From the NCBI GenBank assembly GCA_025210395.1, contig JAOARV010000031.1, positions 66,646 to 106,645 of the forward strand: a DNA stretch of 40,000 nt, given 5' to 3'. This DNA is from Marinisporobacter sp. (lineage in GTDB: Bacteria; Bacillota; Clostridia; Peptostreptococcales; Thermotaleaceae). Positions 27,031 to 35,953 of this stretch are shown piece by piece (positions within the stretch are counted from its first letter, which is position 1; the number at the start of each line of letters is the position of its first letter). The notes under the pieces are model-generated. The model was not told the origin of the DNA. It saw only the letters and a program-made list of their open reading frames with translations, and did not search any database. A program made the position numbers and the translations under genes.

Positions 27031-27061
27031 ATTATACCATATTTTTTCGAACAAGTGTTCT
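27031..27061 (-). promoter_or_regulatory. LexA-like operator overlapping an extended -10 promoter
   Basis: CGAACAAGTGTTCT (27048-27061) matches CGAACRNRYGTTYC at 13/14; minus-strand TGGTATAAT (-10 at 27036-27031) lies just downstream so the operator covers the -35 region. Confidence 0.65.
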
Positions 27062-27155
27062 ATTTTTAGTATTTTTCTATAAAAAAAATAGATTTACAAA
27101 TATAACCATAATCTTATATAAGGTATATACAATTTAAAAACAAAAGAGGGTTTTT

Positions 27156-27496
27156 ATGACTATTATTATTTCTAATGCATCACAAGATCCAATCTATAAA
27201 CAGATTACAAAGCAAATAAAAAATCTTATTTTAAATGGTGAATTAGAGCCTGAAAAAATACTTCCTTCCATAAGACGCTTAGCAAAAGAGCTTATGAAGA
27301 GCTTAAAAAGAAAGGTTTTATTGAAACCGTTGCAGGAAAAGGACCCTTTGTGGCTCATCAGAATAAAGAGCTTTTAAAAGAGTAGCGTCTAAAAATTATT
27401 GAAGAAAAGCTAACAGAAGTTGTTACAAAAAACAAAGTATTAAATATTAGTCTCGAAGAATTAAAAGAAATGATTACTCTTTTATATGAAGAGTAA
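27156..27496 (+). pseudogene. Decayed GntR (YtrA-type) transcriptional regulator
   Basis: Frame 1 DPIYKQITKQIKNLILNGELEPEKILPSIRRLAKEL, then a shift to AYEELKKKGFIETVAGKGPFVAHQNKELLKE, in-frame TAG, then RLKIIEEKLTEVVTKNKVLNISLEELKEMITLLYEE*. Confidence 0.85.
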
Positions 27497-27537
27497 CTAT
27501 TTTAGGTAAAAACTTGGCACTTATTGGAGGTTATATC

Positions 27538-28398
27538 ATGGAAAATATTTTAGAGGTTCAAAATGTAAATAAATCTTTTAAAGATTTTAACTTGAAAAAT
27601 ATAAATTTCAACTTAGAAAAAGGATATATTATGGGGTTTATCGGTCCAAATGGTGCTGGAAAAACTACTACTATCAAGCTCATTATGAACCTTATGAAAA
27701 GAGATAGTGGTACAATCAAAATTTTTGGACTTGATAATATAAAAGATGAACAAAGCATAAAAAATAGAATAGGCTTTGTTTATGATGAAAATTACTTTTA
27801 TGAGGATATTAACCTATTAGAAATGAAAAAAATTATTGCTCCCTTTTATTCAAAATGGGATGATAAAATCTTCAATCATTATATTTCACGATTTAATTTG
27901 CCCTTAAAAAAGAAAATCAAAAATCTTTCAAAGGGAATGAAAATGAAATATTCTTTAGCCATTGCTCTTTCTCATAATGCAGATTTTATTATGATGGATG
28001 AACCCACTTCAGGTCTTGATCCTATTTTTAGAAGTGAACTTTTAGAAATATTATCCGATCTTTTACAAGATGAAAATAAGGGAATTCTTTTTTCAACACA
28101 TATTACAACCGATTTAGATAAAATTGCAGATTATATTACGTTTATTAATAAGGGAGAAATTGTTTTTAGTAAACCAAAGGATGATTTACTTGAAAACTAC
28201 GGAATCATAAAAGGTCCTAAAGAAATGATTGATCAGGACATAAAAAAAGAATTTATAGGAATTCAACAAAATCATTTCGGTTTCGAAGGTTTGACTCAAA
28301 ATATCAATAGAGCACGTCAAATTTTTAAAGATTCAGTTATCATTGAAAAACCTTCTTTAGAAGATATTATGCTTTATACAGTAAGGGGGAGTCTATAA
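27538..28398 (+). CDS. ABC transporter ATP-binding protein
   Basis: GPNGAGKTTTIK, LSKGMKMKYSLAIAL, DEPTSGLDP. SD (GGAGG) supports ATG 27538 rather than 27514. Confidence 0.93.
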   Translation: MENILEVQNVNKSFKDFNLKNINFNLEKGYIMGFIGPNGAGKTTTIKLIMNLMKRDSGTIKIFGLDNIKDEQSIKNRIGFVYDENYFYEDINLLEMKKIIAPFYSKWDDKIFNHYISRFNLPLKKKIKNLSKGMKMKYSLAIALSHNADFIMMDEPTSGLDPIFRSELLEILSDLLQDENKGILFSTHITTDLDKIADYITFINKGEIVFSKPKDDLLENYGIIKGPKEMIDQDIKKEFIGIQQNHFGFEGLTQNINRARQIFKDSVIIEKPSLEDIMLYTVRGSL

Positions 28399-29039
28399 TG
28401 TTTCACCTAATCATGAAAGATATACGTATTCAAAAGAAAACTTTTCTCTTAGTGTTTTTTTATTCTATATTTATGTTTTTTTTCTTTGAGCAATCTGATG
28501 CTCAAAAGTCTATATATACTGTAATGGGATCAATCATTGCTTATATGTTTATTTTAAGAGCAGCCTTCTTTGATGAAAAAAATAAAAGTGAGCTCCTTTT
28601 ATTAAGCTTACCCATCAAAAAACATTATATTGTTATTGCAAAATATTTATCGGCATTCCTTTTTTGCACAATATCACTTATCCTATCAGGAGGTGTAGGT
28701 GCAATCCTTCATATAACTGGAATCCTAATAAATTTACCATTGATTCGTTTTATAAATATTTTCACTACCTTTATTAGCCTAGGAATATTGATATCAATTT
28801 ATTATCCTTTATATTTTAAGTTTGGTTCTACTAATACGAGACTTTTAAATGTATTCTGGTTTCTAATAGCTTTTTCTGTTCCTAAGCTTTTAGCTGAAAA
28901 TAAAAATATTCAACTCATAAGCTTTATAAAGCATATACATCCACTGGGGTTAAGCTTATTCGTCATATTGATCCTTATTATCCTATTGATGATTTCTTTA
29001 TTCGTATCTCTTAAAATTTATAAGAATAAAGATTTCTAA
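28398..29039 (+). CDS. ABC-2 family permease
   Basis: 213 aa, 6 TM, start codon overlaps the ATPase stop. Confidence 0.85.
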   Translation: MFHLIMKDIRIQKKTFLLVFFYSIFMFFFFEQSDAQKSIYTVMGSIIAYMFILRAAFFDEKNKSELLLLSLPIKKHYIVIAKYLSAFLFCTISLILSGGVGAILHITGILINLPLIRFINIFTTFISLGILISIYYPLYFKFGSTNTRLLNVFWFLIAFSVPKLLAENKNIQLISFIKHIHPLGLSLFVILILIILLMISLFVSLKIYKNKDF

Positions 29040-29236
29040 AATATATTATTTAAAACAACTATTCATATGTAAATTTTATATGATTTGGACAATATTTGTT
29101 GATTTTGTTCATCAAAAATACTTTAATAAGGCTAATCAACTTTTTAATCTGTTATCTTAAATTTTTCACTTTAACGCTTATGGATAACTATTGCAAAATA
29201 GTTATTTGTAATAAATATTATATTGGAGGGATATGA

Positions 29237-30286
29237 ATGAAAAACAAAAAGATTGCTTTACTGATGATACTTATATTTATAGTATCTATGACCATGACAT
29301 CTATGGCAGAAGAAATTACAAAGGACGGTTTAACTGCATCAGAAATGTTAATTCAATCAAATGATGCATTCACTAACCAATACACAACTTTCAAAGTCAA
29401 CGGTACGATGAGCATGAACACAAAAACTACAGGTTCTATGATGACTAAAAAGCCTGATCCAAACAATGAAGGTCAATTTATTGAAGAAGAAAAAAAAATA
29501 AATGAAAATGTAGACATGACTATGAGCCAAGAAGGAATATTTGAAAAGCCTGAAAAATTATATATGAAAACTACCTTTTCTACAAAAAATGTTCCAGAAA
29601 AAAAAATACCACCATCTTCTGAAATGATTATGGATCAAGGGGTTATGTATACCCGCATTGAAGGAAAAATAAAATGGGTAAAAATTGACATGAATCCTAT
29701 GATGCGAGAAATAAAAAAAATTACGGGTACTGATGGAACAAGTATGAATATGACTAAAGAACAAATGGAGTTATTAGGTATGTATGCTTCTTATGATGAA
29801 AATAAAGTAATTGATGGCAAAGAATATTATGTCATCAATATAAATATGGATAGTGCTGCTTTAAAAGAAATAACTAGCAAAGCAATGGATAAAATATATG
29901 ATCAATTTGGAAAAGTAATAGAAGAAGCTGAAAAAATCGAAGCTCAAAAAGCTAAAGAAACACAAACTAAAGCTAAAACAAAAACAACTGAAACAACACC
30001 AGAACAAATTCACCAAAAGCCAAAAATGGATAAAGAAACATTAAAGCAACAAATGCAAGAAATGTTTTCTAAAATGAATATGAATATTACTTATAAGTAC
30101 TATATCAATAAAGAAACTAAAATGTATGAATTCATGGATATTGCACAAACAATGGATATGACAATGGGTAAAATACATATGCAAACAACATCTACTGGTA
30201 CATATAAATATTATGACTTCAATAAAGAAGTTACTTTCCCTGTAATCAATGCTGAAGATCTTCAAAATATGAGTCCATTACAATAG
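29237..30286 (+). CDS. Secreted DUF6612-like protein
   Basis: 349 aa; signal peptide, then LTASEMLIQSNDAFTNQYTTFKVNGTMSM ... TYKYYINKETKMYEFMDI. Confidence 0.6.
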   Translation: MKNKKIALLMILIFIVSMTMTSMAEEITKDGLTASEMLIQSNDAFTNQYTTFKVNGTMSMNTKTTGSMMTKKPDPNNEGQFIEEEKKINENVDMTMSQEGIFEKPEKLYMKTTFSTKNVPEKKIPPSSEMIMDQGVMYTRIEGKIKWVKIDMNPMMREIKKITGTDGTSMNMTKEQMELLGMYASYDENKVIDGKEYYVININMDSAALKEITSKAMDKIYDQFGKVIEEAEKIEAQKAKETQTKAKTKTTETTPEQIHQKPKMDKETLKQQMQEMFSKMNMNITYKYYINKETKMYEFMDIAQTMDMTMGKIHMQTTSTGTYKYYDFNKEVTFPVINAEDLQNMSPLQ

Positions 30287-30293
30287 ATTCATT

Positions 30294-30331
30294 TAGGGGG
30301 TTAGATACAATTTATTTTCTCTAACTCCCTT
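30294..30331 (+). terminator. Terminator-like hairpin
   Basis: GGGGGTTAGA...TCTAACTCCCTTTTTT. Confidence 0.6.
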
Positions 30332-30367
30332 TTTTCTTCTCTTCAAAAGCATATATTTAAAGTTCTA

Positions 30368-30856
30368 TCATTTATTCAACTGCCAGATAGAAAAATTCAA
30401 AATAGCTGCAAAGGCTACCCATAATATATACGGAATCATTAAATATCCTGCTGTCTTATCTAATCTATAGAATTTCACGGTGGTTATTATGATCAGCACG
30501 AGAAGTACTAATAGTTCAATAAATGCTAATCCTCTTAACCCAACACCAAAGAATAAAATGGACCAAAAGAAATTAAATACAAGCTGTAGCCCATAGTAAA
30601 ATAGCGCATTTTTCACCTCTTTTTTTTCTGCTCCAAGCATCCAAATTCTATAACTTGCAATCCCCATTAATAAATAAAGAATCACCCACGCTATGGGAAA
30701 AACCCATGCAGGAGGAGCAAAGCTAGGTTGTATCAAATCTCGATACATATCTGAAGAACCTCTTGTTAAAAATCCACTAAGAATCCCTACAAGCTGAGGT
30801 ATAAATATAGAAACAATCAAAGCAAATAAATTTCTCTTTCCTTTCACTTTAAACAT
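30368..30856 (-). CDS. TspO/MBR family protein
   Basis: 162 aa; PSFAPPAWVFPIAWVILYLLMGIASYRIW signature. Confidence 0.93.
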   Translation of the reverse strand: MFKVKGKRNLFALIVSIFIPQLVGILSGFLTRGSSDMYRDLIQPSFAPPAWVFPIAWVILYLLMGIASYRIWMLGAEKKEVKNALFYYGLQLVFNFFWSILFFGVGLRGLAFIELLVLLVLIIITTVKFYRLDKTAGYLMIPYILWVAFAAILNFSIWQLNK

Positions 30857-31030
30857 CTAATCCCTCCATTTCATGTACTATTTTAATATGATTTTATGTC
30901 TATATATAAATATTATGCTTATCTTTTTTCTAAAATTTCCAGGGAAATAAATGTAATTGATATATCGTGTTATAATTGTTAATATATAGATATATTCATT
31001 TCTCTATTCATTCAACAGAAGGAGGTAAAC

Positions 31031-33355
31031 ATGAAACATATTACATTAAAGATGAAATATTCACTTGTTTTTATTTTAATCGTTGTTATTGGTTTTTCAA
31101 GTTTTTATATTTTCTGTCCTGATATATTTTATACAATTGGAAAAACCTATGAAAAACTAGGAAAACATCATATTGCTAATATTTATTATGATAAGATTCT
31201 AAAAATCAATCCCAAAAGTCCATTAGCATCCTTTACTACAGAACGAAAATTTTTAAAAATATTATCTAGTAAAGACTTTAACTTTTTAAAAGGTTTTGTA
31301 TCCTTAAGCGCTGGGAGTTCTGGAATGAGTGGGTATAGAATTTCTCAAGAGGATTTAGAAAAGTTGAATGATCAATACGAAAAAGTCATCAACGGTTCTT
31401 TAGATAAAGATTTACATTTAAAGCTACAACTTGATGTTGCTTTATTAAATTGGTTTGGAGGAAAGCCTTATAAGTCTATTGAAATATTGAAGCAACAAAG
31501 TGAAGGTACTGATCCAATGCTTTTAGATTACCAAAAGCTATATTTATCTTGTATGTATCTCATGACGGGTAATCTGGAGAAAATCCCCACTCTTGTGAAT
31601 GAAGAAAACATTTATACCTTTAGTAAACCCCTCCAGGATAAAGCTTCCTCAGTGTTAGCTTATTATTATTTTTTACTTAATGATCATCAACAATTTAAGC
31701 AATATATAAAAGAATATAATTATCAAAATTATTCTTCCTTATCATCAGAATACAAAGTCTATGGAAAGCTTTTAGATATAGAACTAGCTACAGGAGATTT
31801 AAAAAGAGCTCTTGAAAAAAATAAGTCTCTACCTTCTTACAAGGGATCTATTCATGGCAAAATGACACTAGATAGTAACCCCTTTCCCTATCAAATCATT
31901 ATCCTAAAAAAATATGATGATACTCGCTGGTCTAGTAACCCTTGGACGAATGATTATGTATCTATGAGCATTACAGGAAAAAATGGTGATTTTTCTTTTA
32001 AAAACATTCCTTCCGGAGTTTATACCTTATTAACTTATGTTCCTTGGCCTTTGGTAAAAGATAAAAATTTCAAAATAAATGGTCCAAGGTTTATTGATCT
32101 AAAACATCATCAAAAACAAAATATCAATATAGCTTTTGAATCTAAACTATCTATCAAAAAAGTTATTCAAGATGGTAACTTACTTACTTTTGAATTTGAT
32201 AAAGTAAAGGATGCTGATTACTATAGACTAGAAATGGGAGAAGTTTATAATAAAAATGGCTTTAATCAAGTAGCATATACTTATTATTCTGATACTTTTA
32301 CAACAAATCATATTACCATAGATCCCAATAAAAATAGGGAAAAAATGAGTGGTGGAATCAGATGGGATGATAAAGGCATCAATCCTTATGATGTTTTTGG
32401 TGCCTTCTATCATGAAGGAAATTATACCTATAAAATTACAGCCTTCAATGAAAATGGAATTATAGGAGACAGCTTTGGCATATGGTCAAATAGTAAATAT
32501 CCCACTATTTCTATTTCTGGTGCATCCTATACAAAGGCTGATCAGCTTCTTATAAAACAATTTTATGATGCAGCTATAAAATCTTATAAAAATAACCTTA
32601 AGCAAAATCCAAAGGATCCCCATGCACTTCGAGTATTATCAAGATTATATACCTTAGGATATCTTCCAGCTCATCGTTTTCAAGATGAAAAAGAAATAGG
32701 TGTAGATATAAAAAAGGCTATCTACTATACAGAAAAACTAGTATCCTTAGCCCCTAATAAAAAATTGAGTCAAGAACTTGGTGATTTATATATGAAAAAT
32801 AAAGAATACGATAAAGCTTTATCTCTTTTTCAAAAGCTAAAGCCCAAAGATTATTCTATTTACACCTCTATGGCAAAAATCTATAAATGGAGAGGTGATT
32901 TTAATAAAGCTTTAGAAAATTATTATGCATCCTTAGAAGAATTAGATTATGCTGTAGATGACATTCTAACTATTGAAATGTTAATAGGACATCATGAAAA
33001 GCTACCATCTATTGCAAGATTATATAATCATGAATCAGAATATATAGACTATGTAGATACTATTCAAGCTTCTTTAAAATATCTTCAATCTACAGGATAT
33101 GCTGATTTTTATAAAGAGATGAATAATGGAAACATAGACATAGGAGAGAAAATATTATCTCAAAAAAAAGATCGCCTCTCTTATTTCTATAAAGCCTTGC
33201 TACTTTTAGTAGAAGACACTGACAGAAAAAGTAAAGAAACAGAATATACATCCAATTATCATAAATTTATGGCAAAATATTCTGCATCTCATCCCCTCAC
33301 CAAGCTATTAAGAATTTTAGGAAAAGAGAGTTTTGGATCAGATTTTGGAGAGTAG
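31031..33355 (+). CDS. TPR protein with central carboxypeptidase-regulatory-like and Fn3-like regions
   Basis: 774 aa; N-terminal TM, TPR-like repeats, GDFSFKNIPSGVYTLLTYVPWPL, then Fn3-like and C-terminal TPRs. Confidence 0.6.
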   Translation: MKHITLKMKYSLVFILIVVIGFSSFYIFCPDIFYTIGKTYEKLGKHHIANIYYDKILKINPKSPLASFTTERKFLKILSSKDFNFLKGFVSLSAGSSGMSGYRISQEDLEKLNDQYEKVINGSLDKDLHLKLQLDVALLNWFGGKPYKSIEILKQQSEGTDPMLLDYQKLYLSCMYLMTGNLEKIPTLVNEENIYTFSKPLQDKASSVLAYYYFLLNDHQQFKQYIKEYNYQNYSSLSSEYKVYGKLLDIELATGDLKRALEKNKSLPSYKGSIHGKMTLDSNPFPYQIIILKKYDDTRWSSNPWTNDYVSMSITGKNGDFSFKNIPSGVYTLLTYVPWPLVKDKNFKINGPRFIDLKHHQKQNINIAFESKLSIKKVIQDGNLLTFEFDKVKDADYYRLEMGEVYNKNGFNQVAYTYYSDTFTTNHITIDPNKNREKMSGGIRWDDKGINPYDVFGAFYHEGNYTYKITAFNENGIIGDSFGIWSNSKYPTISISGASYTKADQLLIKQFYDAAIKSYKNNLKQNPKDPHALRVLSRLYTLGYLPAHRFQDEKEIGVDIKKAIYYTEKLVSLAPNKKLSQELGDLYMKNKEYDKALSLFQKLKPKDYSIYTSMAKIYKWRGDFNKALENYYASLEELDYAVDDILTIEMLIGHHEKLPSIARLYNHESEYIDYVDTIQASLKYLQSTGYADFYKEMNNGNIDIGEKILSQKKDRLSYFYKALLLLVEDTDRKSKETEYTSNYHKFMAKYSASHPLTKLLRILGKESFGSDFGE

Positions 33356-33376
33356 AAAGCATCTACTCTTTTTTTT
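33350..33376 (+). terminator. Intrinsic terminator
   Basis: GAGTAG-aaagcat-CTACTC-TTTTTTTT. Confidence 0.7.
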
Positions 33377-33460
33377 ATACAAAATTTATTTCTAATGCAT
33401 TTTATATCCACATTTGGGATAAACTTTTATTATACTATAATAAGGAGGGATTACCATTTT

Positions 33461-34057
33461 ATGAATACTCAGATTTCTTCAGCAACTCATTCAATTGATA
33501 TAAATTCACCTAGAGCTGTTTTTGATTTTAATAAAAACTTTACAGAATATCTGAACAATTATTATACAGATGAATATAAAGACTTAGTTATTATGTGTAT
33601 TGGTACAGACCGATCAACAGGTGATTCTTTAGGCCCTTTGATTGGTTATAAATTAAAAAAACGTTTAAAAGACTATAATCATATTTTTATTCACGGAACT
33701 TTAGAAAATCCTGTCCATGCGAAAAATCTCAATGATTCTATTAATCTAGTTTATAAATCTTATAATAAACCTTTTGTTATTGCTATCGATGCATGCTTAG
33801 GAAAATTTGATAGAGTAGGACATATCACAATAGGGAATGGTCCTCTAAAGCCTGGTGCTGGTGTAAATAAAGATCTTCCTCCTGTTGGAAATATGCATAT
33901 CACAGGAATTGTAAACTTAGGCGGCTTTATGGAATATATGCTATTACAAAATACAAGATTGAATCTTGTGATGAAAATGGCTGATACTATAGCTACGGGT
34001 ATTCCCTATAGTATATGGAAATTTTTTAAAAACTCACAAAAGAGCAGGATGAACTAA
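33461..34057 (+). CDS. yyaC: YyaC family spore protein (germination-protease-fold)
   Basis: MCIGTDRSTGDSLGPLIGYKL...VHAKNLNDSINL...GNGPLKPGAGVNKDLPPVG. Internal ATG preferred over the track start. Confidence 0.88.
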   Translation: MNTQISSATHSIDINSPRAVFDFNKNFTEYLNNYYTDEYKDLVIMCIGTDRSTGDSLGPLIGYKLKKRLKDYNHIFIHGTLENPVHAKNLNDSINLVYKSYNKPFVIAIDACLGKFDRVGHITIGNGPLKPGAGVNKDLPPVGNMHITGIVNLGGFMEYMLLQNTRLNLVMKMADTIATGIPYSIWKFFKNSQKSRMN

Positions 34058-34083
34058 AATCGTTCATAGCTGCTCTAAGTTAT

Positions 34084-34350
34084 TTAAAATAAAGATTCAT
34101 ATGTTCTTTTTTCTATGGCATATATGATTTCTTTGATACTTTTATTTTTTATATTGATTACCATAGCTCCTCTATCCATATCAATAACATTATCAAAGTT
34201 ACCTAAATAACTTAATTTGCCATAATCACTATCATAAACAATAGCATCTACATAACCATCATAGTTTTCATGTACAACTTCATAGCCTCTTACTTCTAAC
34301 TCTTTTCCTATATTCTTTAACCCATCCTGTATAGCTATTACTTTTGGCAT
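34084..34350 (-). CDS. YkuS family protein
   Basis: 88 aa; KVIAIQDGLKNIGKELEVRGYEVVHENYDGYVDAIVYDSD. Confidence 0.78.
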   Translation of the reverse strand: MPKVIAIQDGLKNIGKELEVRGYEVVHENYDGYVDAIVYDSDYGKLSYLGNFDNVIDMDRGAMVINIKNKSIKEIIYAIEKRTYESLF

Positions 34351-34356
34351 ATAAAC

Positions 34357-34385
34357 ACCTCCTAGTTGTATTATAACTAGGAGGT
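34357..34385 (-). promoter_or_regulatory. Perfect 11-bp hairpin sequestering the Shine-Dalgarno of the YkuS-like gene
   Basis: Minus strand ACCTCCTAGTT-ATAATAC-AACTAGGAGGT-GTTTAT-ATG; SD AGGAGGTG is the 3' arm. Confidence 0.7.
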
Positions 34386-34412
34386 ATTCCTTTTATACTA
34401 TTTATAGTAAAA

Positions 34413-35303
34413 TTATAGAATCTGATCTTGTGGTACAAGAACTTTCAATCCTTTTGGCACCATTTCAAAATGAATATTGAAGCTTTTTCCTATAATGTCT
34501 CCATCTAAATTAATAGATAGTAGTTCATCACTTTTTATTTTTATTTCCTTTCCTGTATGCATGTCCACTTCTTCATAATCCACATGCTCTCCTGAAAATA
34601 TCTTTGGAAATACTCTCATGAGCTTTAACTTTGAAATTTCATCCACAACACAAACTTGAAAATCACCATCTTTTATATCTGCCATAGGAGCAATTTTCAT
34701 TCCGCCCCCATAATATTTCCCATTGGCTACTGCTACTAAGGTAATATTTTTTTTGTCCTTCCTCTCATCAATATCCACATGAATACGCTTATTTTTATAA
34801 GAAAAAAGGGTTTTCAATAATCCACCCATATACGCCCATGAGCCAGAAATGTATTTTTTGATATCTTGTGTTTCTTTTACAATCTCTGCATCAAGTCCTA
34901 CACTTGCAACATTTACAAAATATCGATCATTAGCTTTTCCACAATCAATATTTACTACTTTTCCATAGGCAATTACTTTTAAAGCTTGTTCTAAATCATT
35001 TGGAATACCTACAGTTCTAACAAAATCATTTCCTGTTCCAGATGGTATTACTCCAAGAGAAGCATCAGAACCCATCATTCCATTTACCACTTCATAAATA
35101 GTTCCATCTCCACCAACTGCTACAATTTTTTCATATCCTTTGATCACTGCATTTTTTGCTATTTCTTCTGCTTCATTTTTTCTAGTGGTTAATTTAATTT
35201 TATATGGTACATGAAAAGCGTCCATTTTTTCCTTAATCTTTTCTATAACCAAATCACAGTTTCCTTTTCCAGCTACTGGATTTACAATAAATAATATGTC
35301 CAT
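34413..35303 (-). CDS. Diacylglycerol/lipid kinase family protein (YegS/BmrU-like)
   Basis: 296 aa; IVNPVAGKGN, AVGGDGTIYEVVNGM, GVIPSGTGNDFVRTVG. Confidence 0.93.
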   Translation of the reverse strand: MDILFIVNPVAGKGNCDLVIEKIKEKMDAFHVPYKIKLTTRKNEAEEIAKNAVIKGYEKIVAVGGDGTIYEVVNGMMGSDASLGVIPSGTGNDFVRTVGIPNDLEQALKVIAYGKVVNIDCGKANDRYFVNVASVGLDAEIVKETQDIKKYISGSWAYMGGLLKTLFSYKNKRIHVDIDERKDKKNITLVAVANGKYYGGGMKIAPMADIKDGDFQVCVVDEISKLKLMRVFPKIFSGEHVDYEEVDMHTGKEIKIKSDELLSINLDGDIIGKSFNIHFEMVPKGLKVLVPQDQIL

Positions 35304-35313
35304 TTACATCCCT

Positions 35314-35841
35314 CTACAATGCTATTTTTGTATATTCGTCTAAAGACCTATTTTTTGCTCGATCTAATGCTTGTATTTCTTCTGCAGAAAGAGTATGAGA
35401 TGATTTTCCTTTTTTAATCGTTTTTCCATAAAGGGCACTACTACTTCTACTATATATACTAGTAAGAATAAATCCATTATTTTGTTCATCTAACAATGCA
35501 ATAGAAAAACTTAAACTTCCACCCACATCATCAAAGGCATTGTATTGTACTAATCCTACCTTTTGAATACTATAAAGAAGTTTTTGTTGTATTGTTTCTA
35601 TAAGGGCATCCATTTGATTCATTCTAATATCTAAATGATCTATTTTTTGGTAATATTCATGAATAACTTCTTCTATGTTTTTTCCTTCCCTATTGTTAGA
35701 TAAAATCTCATATTTTTTCTTTAACTTTGATAGCTTAGCTCCCTGCATGCATATAATCATTAATAATAATATGCTAATAACAGCACTATAAAAAATAATA
35801 ATTTCTAAATTTTCTCTAATCATATTAAAGATTGGCTCCAC
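35314..35841 (-). CDS. DUF4446 family protein
   Basis: 175 aa; IEEVIHEYYQKIDHL...VQYNAFDDVGGSLSFSIALLDEQNNGFILTSIYSRS. Confidence 0.9.
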   Translation of the reverse strand: MEPIFNMIRENLEIIIFYSAVISILLLMIICMQGAKLSKLKKKYEILSNNREGKNIEEVIHEYYQKIDHLDIRMNQMDALIETIQQKLLYSIQKVGLVQYNAFDDVGGSLSFSIALLDEQNNGFILTSIYSRSSSALYGKTIKKGKSSHTLSAEEIQALDRAKNRSLDEYTKIAL

Positions 35842-35953
35842 TAATTTCCCCCCTTTTCTAATACTTTCCTACTATATTATTATCTCATGGAAATCAAAAA
35901 AAATAAATAGTATGTCTAATTTTCTCACATACTATTTTTTTCTATTTTTATTA

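Noticed and set aside
10454-27061. Cluster as a complete or cryptic temperate prophage
   Set aside because: No integrase, terminase, portal, capsid, replication or repressor genes are readable on either strand, while all tail and lysis functions are present; the GP20-like ORF alone is not evidence of a head.
26736-27137. Track ORF 26736..27137 (+), 133 aa
   Set aside because: Low-complexity F/I/Y-rich translation antisense to the regulator start; the DNA is better explained by the promoter cassette and LexA-like operator.
27514-27537. Track start of the ABC ATPase at 27514
   Set aside because: GGAGG SD is placed for ATG 27538 (MENILEVQNVNKSF); the 8 extra residues lack support.
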